NCBI GenBank assembly: GCA_963792995.1
Contig: CAWBYH010000013.1
Span: 9,709-73,708, forward strand
DNA length: 64,000 nucleotides
DNA from: an uncultured Thermoleophilia bacterium
GTDB taxonomy: Bacteria > Actinomycetota > Thermoleophilia > Gaiellales > Gaiellaceae
Direction of reading: 5' to 3'
The position numbers were made by a program, and so were the translations under genes. This document shows, piece by piece, positions 61,377 through 64,000 of this stretch; the stretch's first letter is position 1, and each line of letters opens with the position of its first letter. The notes beneath the pieces are model-generated. The model did not search any database, had not been told where the DNA came from, and worked only from the letters and a program-made list of their open reading frames with translations.

Positions 61377-62348
61377 TCAGGACTCGCGGTCGACCATGAC
61401 CGCGGCGACGATCGCGTCGACCGCCGTCAGCGGGTCGATCGTCCTCTCCTGCACGCCGACGAGGAGCGCCTCCAGCGCCGGATCCCGGGCGAGGCGATCC
61501 TCGATCCGTGTGCGCGCCCGCGCGGCCGCTGCGGACACGACCCCGGCAGCCAGATTCTGCCGCCGCCGCCCTTCGAGCTCGCCCGTCCCGGCGAGGGCAT
61601 CGCGCATGCCGGTGAGCGTCGTCCAGAGCATGTCGACACCTTCCTCACGCATTGCCTCGGTGAGCACGATCTCGGGCTGCCTCTCCGCGTCGGGGCTCAA
61701 AGCGATCACCGTGCGAATGTCATTCAGCAGCGATTTCGCGCCCGGCTGATCCATCTTGTTGATGGCGATCACATCCGGAATCTCCATGATCCCGGCCTTC
61801 AGCGCCTGCACCGAGTCGCCGGAGCCCGGCATCAGCACGAGTACCACCTCGTCGGCGATCCCCATCACCTCGACCTCGCTCTGACCGGTGCCGACGGTCT
61901 CGAGGAAGATGACGTCCCGGCCGCTCGCATCCAGCAGCAGAAGGCTCTGGAGCGTGGCCTCGGAGAGCCCTCCGAGATGGCCACGAGTGCCCATGGAGCG
62001 GATGAATACGCCGGGATCGAGAAAGTGATCGACGAGCCGGATTCGGTCGCCAAGGAGCGCGCCCTGGGTGAACGGGCTCGAGGGATCCACCGAGATCACG
62101 CCCACGGTGAGCCCGAGGGCGCGTACATGACGCACGAGCGCGGCGATCAGCGATGACTTTCCCACCCCGGGCGGTCCGGTGATCCCGACCGAGAACGCGG
62201 ATCCGGTCGCCGAGTAGACGTCCGAGACGACGGCGGAGGCTCCGGGGTCACGATTCTCGACGAGCGTGATCGCCCGGGCGAGCGCCCGGTGGTCGCCGGC
62301 CCGGATGCCCGCGACGAGTTCCTCGTGCGTCCATGGATGCCGCGCCAT
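61377..62348 (-). CDS. meaB: Methylmalonyl-CoA mutase-associated GTPase
   Basis: GITGPPGVGKS, DPSSP, LGDRIR, ETVG.GQSE, KAGIMEI, NKMD. Confidence 0.93.
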   Translation of the reverse strand: MARHPWTHEELVAGIRAGDHRALARAITLVENRDPGASAVVSDVYSATGSAFSVGITGPPGVGKSSLIAALVRHVRALGLTVGVISVDPSSPFTQGALLGDRIRLVDHFLDPGVFIRSMGTRGHLGGLSEATLQSLLLLDASGRDVIFLETVGTGQSEVEVMGIADEVVLVLMPGSGDSVQALKAGIMEIPDVIAINKMDQPGAKSLLNDIRTVIALSPDAERQPEIVLTEAMREEGVDMLWTTLTGMRDALAGTGELEGRRRQNLAAGVVSAAAARARTRIEDRLARDPALEALLVGVQERTIDPLTAVDAIVAAVMVDRES

Positions 62349-62425
62349 CCCGGCAACTCTACGGGACGGGCAGGTCCGTTTCGGACAGCAGACGCCGTTC
62401 TGCCGAGGTTGTAGGCTCGTTCGGG

Positions 62426-63832
62426 ATGCTGGGTCAGTTCACGGCGCAATTCGCGATCATCGGGATGCCGGAGCATCGCTCGTTCCGCAAGCTCTTCATC
62501 GCGCGCCTGATCTCCGCCCTCGGGACGTGGACGGCGTTTTTCGCGGTTCGCATTGCGCTCTACAACCAGACCGACTCGGCGTGGTGGGTGAGCGTGCTCC
62601 TTTTTGCCGAGCTCGTCCCAGGCGTCATCCTCGGGATCGCCGTCGGACCACTGATCGACAAGTGGCCGCGTAAACGGATGATGGTCCTTTCCGACCTCGG
62701 CGGGGCCTTGTGCTTCGGCGTCCTCCCGTTCGTCAACTCGCCTGCCGGCATTGTTGCTGTCTCGGCCGTGGCGGGGTTCGCCGCAGCGTTCTTCCGTCCA
62801 GCGTGCTATGCGTCGATCCCGAATCTCGTCCGCGAGGAGTCCGTCGTCGCGGCGAACGCGCTCGTTCAGGGCGCCGAGAACCTCTCGACACTCCTCGGGC
62901 CAGTGATCGCCGGTGTCGGCATCGTTCTGCTCGGGCCGGACAGGGTCTATGCACTGAACGCCGTGAGCTTCCTGCTCTCGGCCTTTCTCCTCGTCAGGAT
63001 CGGGCAGGAGTTCCAGTCGAGCGCGCTCGCGCGGATCGGTCGCGCCCACTGGCGCGAGGTCAAGGCCGGGCTCTCACTCGTCCGCAACGACCATCATCTC
63101 TCGTCCCTGTTCCTGATCTGGAGCTGGGCGACGCTCGCGTACACCGGCGTCAACGTCGCCGAGATCGTGCTCACGACCGACGCGTACGGTGCGGGCAACG
63201 TCGGCTTCGGGATCTTCGTCGCCTTCTCGGCCGCCGGCATCCTGCTCGGGAACGTGGCCGCGTTCTGGTTCATCCAGCGGCTCACCGTCTATGGCGGCTA
63301 TCGCGCCTCGTTCCTCGTCACGGCTGCGGGGGTGGCGATCTGCGCCGTCAGCCCGAACCTCGCCATCGGTTGCGTCGGAGCGTTGATCTTCGGCGTCGGC
63401 AACGGCATCGGCCTCGTCTGCAACGTGACACTGATCCAGCAAGTCGTGTCGGATGACCGACGCGGGCAGATCTTCGCCGTGCTCGGGAGTCTCGTGCAGA
63501 TGTTCACGCTGATCGGCACGCTCGCGGCCGGACCGATCACGGTGGCGGTCGGGCCGCGACTGATGTGGGGCATCAGCGCCGCGCTGCTGCTGATCGGCTA
63601 CCTCAACGCCGTCCTCGTCTCCGCTCTCCGCCGCTCACGGGGCACAGCGCTTCCCGCGGCTCCCGTCGACATGATGCCGCTCGAGGTCGGCAGCGAGGTG
63701 CCTGGCACGGGATTCTCCCGGATTGCGAACCTTCTCGACGAGGTGGAGCGAACGCGGCAGCAGGAGGCAACGGCAGATCCGAGCCGCCGCCTTGGGCGCA
63801 GGGTGAGTCCGAGGAGGTCGCCGCCGCCGTGA
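62426..63832 (+). CDS. MFS transporter (DHA3-like)
   Basis: G.LIDKWPRKR.MV..D, about 12 TM segments, RGQIF. Confidence 0.88.
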   Translation: MLGQFTAQFAIIGMPEHRSFRKLFIARLISALGTWTAFFAVRIALYNQTDSAWWVSVLLFAELVPGVILGIAVGPLIDKWPRKRMMVLSDLGGALCFGVLPFVNSPAGIVAVSAVAGFAAAFFRPACYASIPNLVREESVVAANALVQGAENLSTLLGPVIAGVGIVLLGPDRVYALNAVSFLLSAFLLVRIGQEFQSSALARIGRAHWREVKAGLSLVRNDHHLSSLFLIWSWATLAYTGVNVAEIVLTTDAYGAGNVGFGIFVAFSAAGILLGNVAAFWFIQRLTVYGGYRASFLVTAAGVAICAVSPNLAIGCVGALIFGVGNGIGLVCNVTLIQQVVSDDRRGQIFAVLGSLVQMFTLIGTLAAGPITVAVGPRLMWGISAALLLIGYLNAVLVSALRRSRGTALPAAPVDMMPLEVGSEVPGTGFSRIANLLDEVERTRQQEATADPSRRLGRRVSPRRSPPP

Positions 63833-63848
63833 CCCCGGCGCGAGGTCG

Positions 63849-64000
63849 TCAGCCGGTGGTGCGGCCGGACACCGTCAGCTGGTTCTCCGCGTGACGGATG
63901 CGCTGCTCGAGCTGCCAGCGATCGCCGGTCGACTGACCGGCCTCGATCTTCTCGAGCTCGGCCCTGGCGGCCTCGAGCTGCGCCGTTGCCCGAGCGTCGT
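63849..64000 (-). CDS. atpC: Probable 3' end of ATP synthase F1 epsilon subunit (partial)
   Basis: DARATAQLEAARAELEKI...EQRIRHAENQL helical hairpin resembling the epsilon C-terminus; only about 50 codons visible. Confidence 0.5.
   Translation of the reverse strand, partial: DARATAQLEAARAELEKIEAGQSTGDRWQLEQRIRHAENQLTVSGRTTG

Overview
High-GC (roughly 70% by eye) bacterial chromosomal segment. Gene content and sequence style fit an Actinomycetota member of the Thermoleophilia/Gaiellales type (inference, no search run). It is mostly core metabolism: a class A PBP, ilvE, serA, gatCAB, two folD copies, speB, nagA, leuA with a Leu leader peptide, RNase HI, an EF-G paralog, a WhiG/FliA sigma, methylcrotonyl-CoA carboxylase-like genes, meaB and a probable atpC 3' end, plus tRNA-Cys, tRNA-Gly and tRNA-Trp. 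About 20 single-base frameshifts, several in conserved metabolic genes, are best read as long-read indel errors. Many genes have a TANNNT box 6-9 nt before the start codon, which suggests leaderless transcription and was used to refine starts and find small ORFs. No CRISPR array, transposase or integrase was seen. Main items for follow-up: (1) a ~55-bp AT-rich element of three inverted repeats (one enclosing two) inside the gatB coding sequence; (2) an ArsR-led six-subunit Ehr-like membrane complex whose large subunit keeps both Ni-binding CxxC motifs; (3) two putative copper-envelope loci, each preceded by an ORF ending in a Gly-Pro-Pro arrest-like motif; (4) a carrier protein/atypical acyltransferase/adenylation enzyme cassette after tRNA-Trp; (5) a sigma-28-type promoter in front of a small secreted Cys-rich protein, with whiG in the same window.
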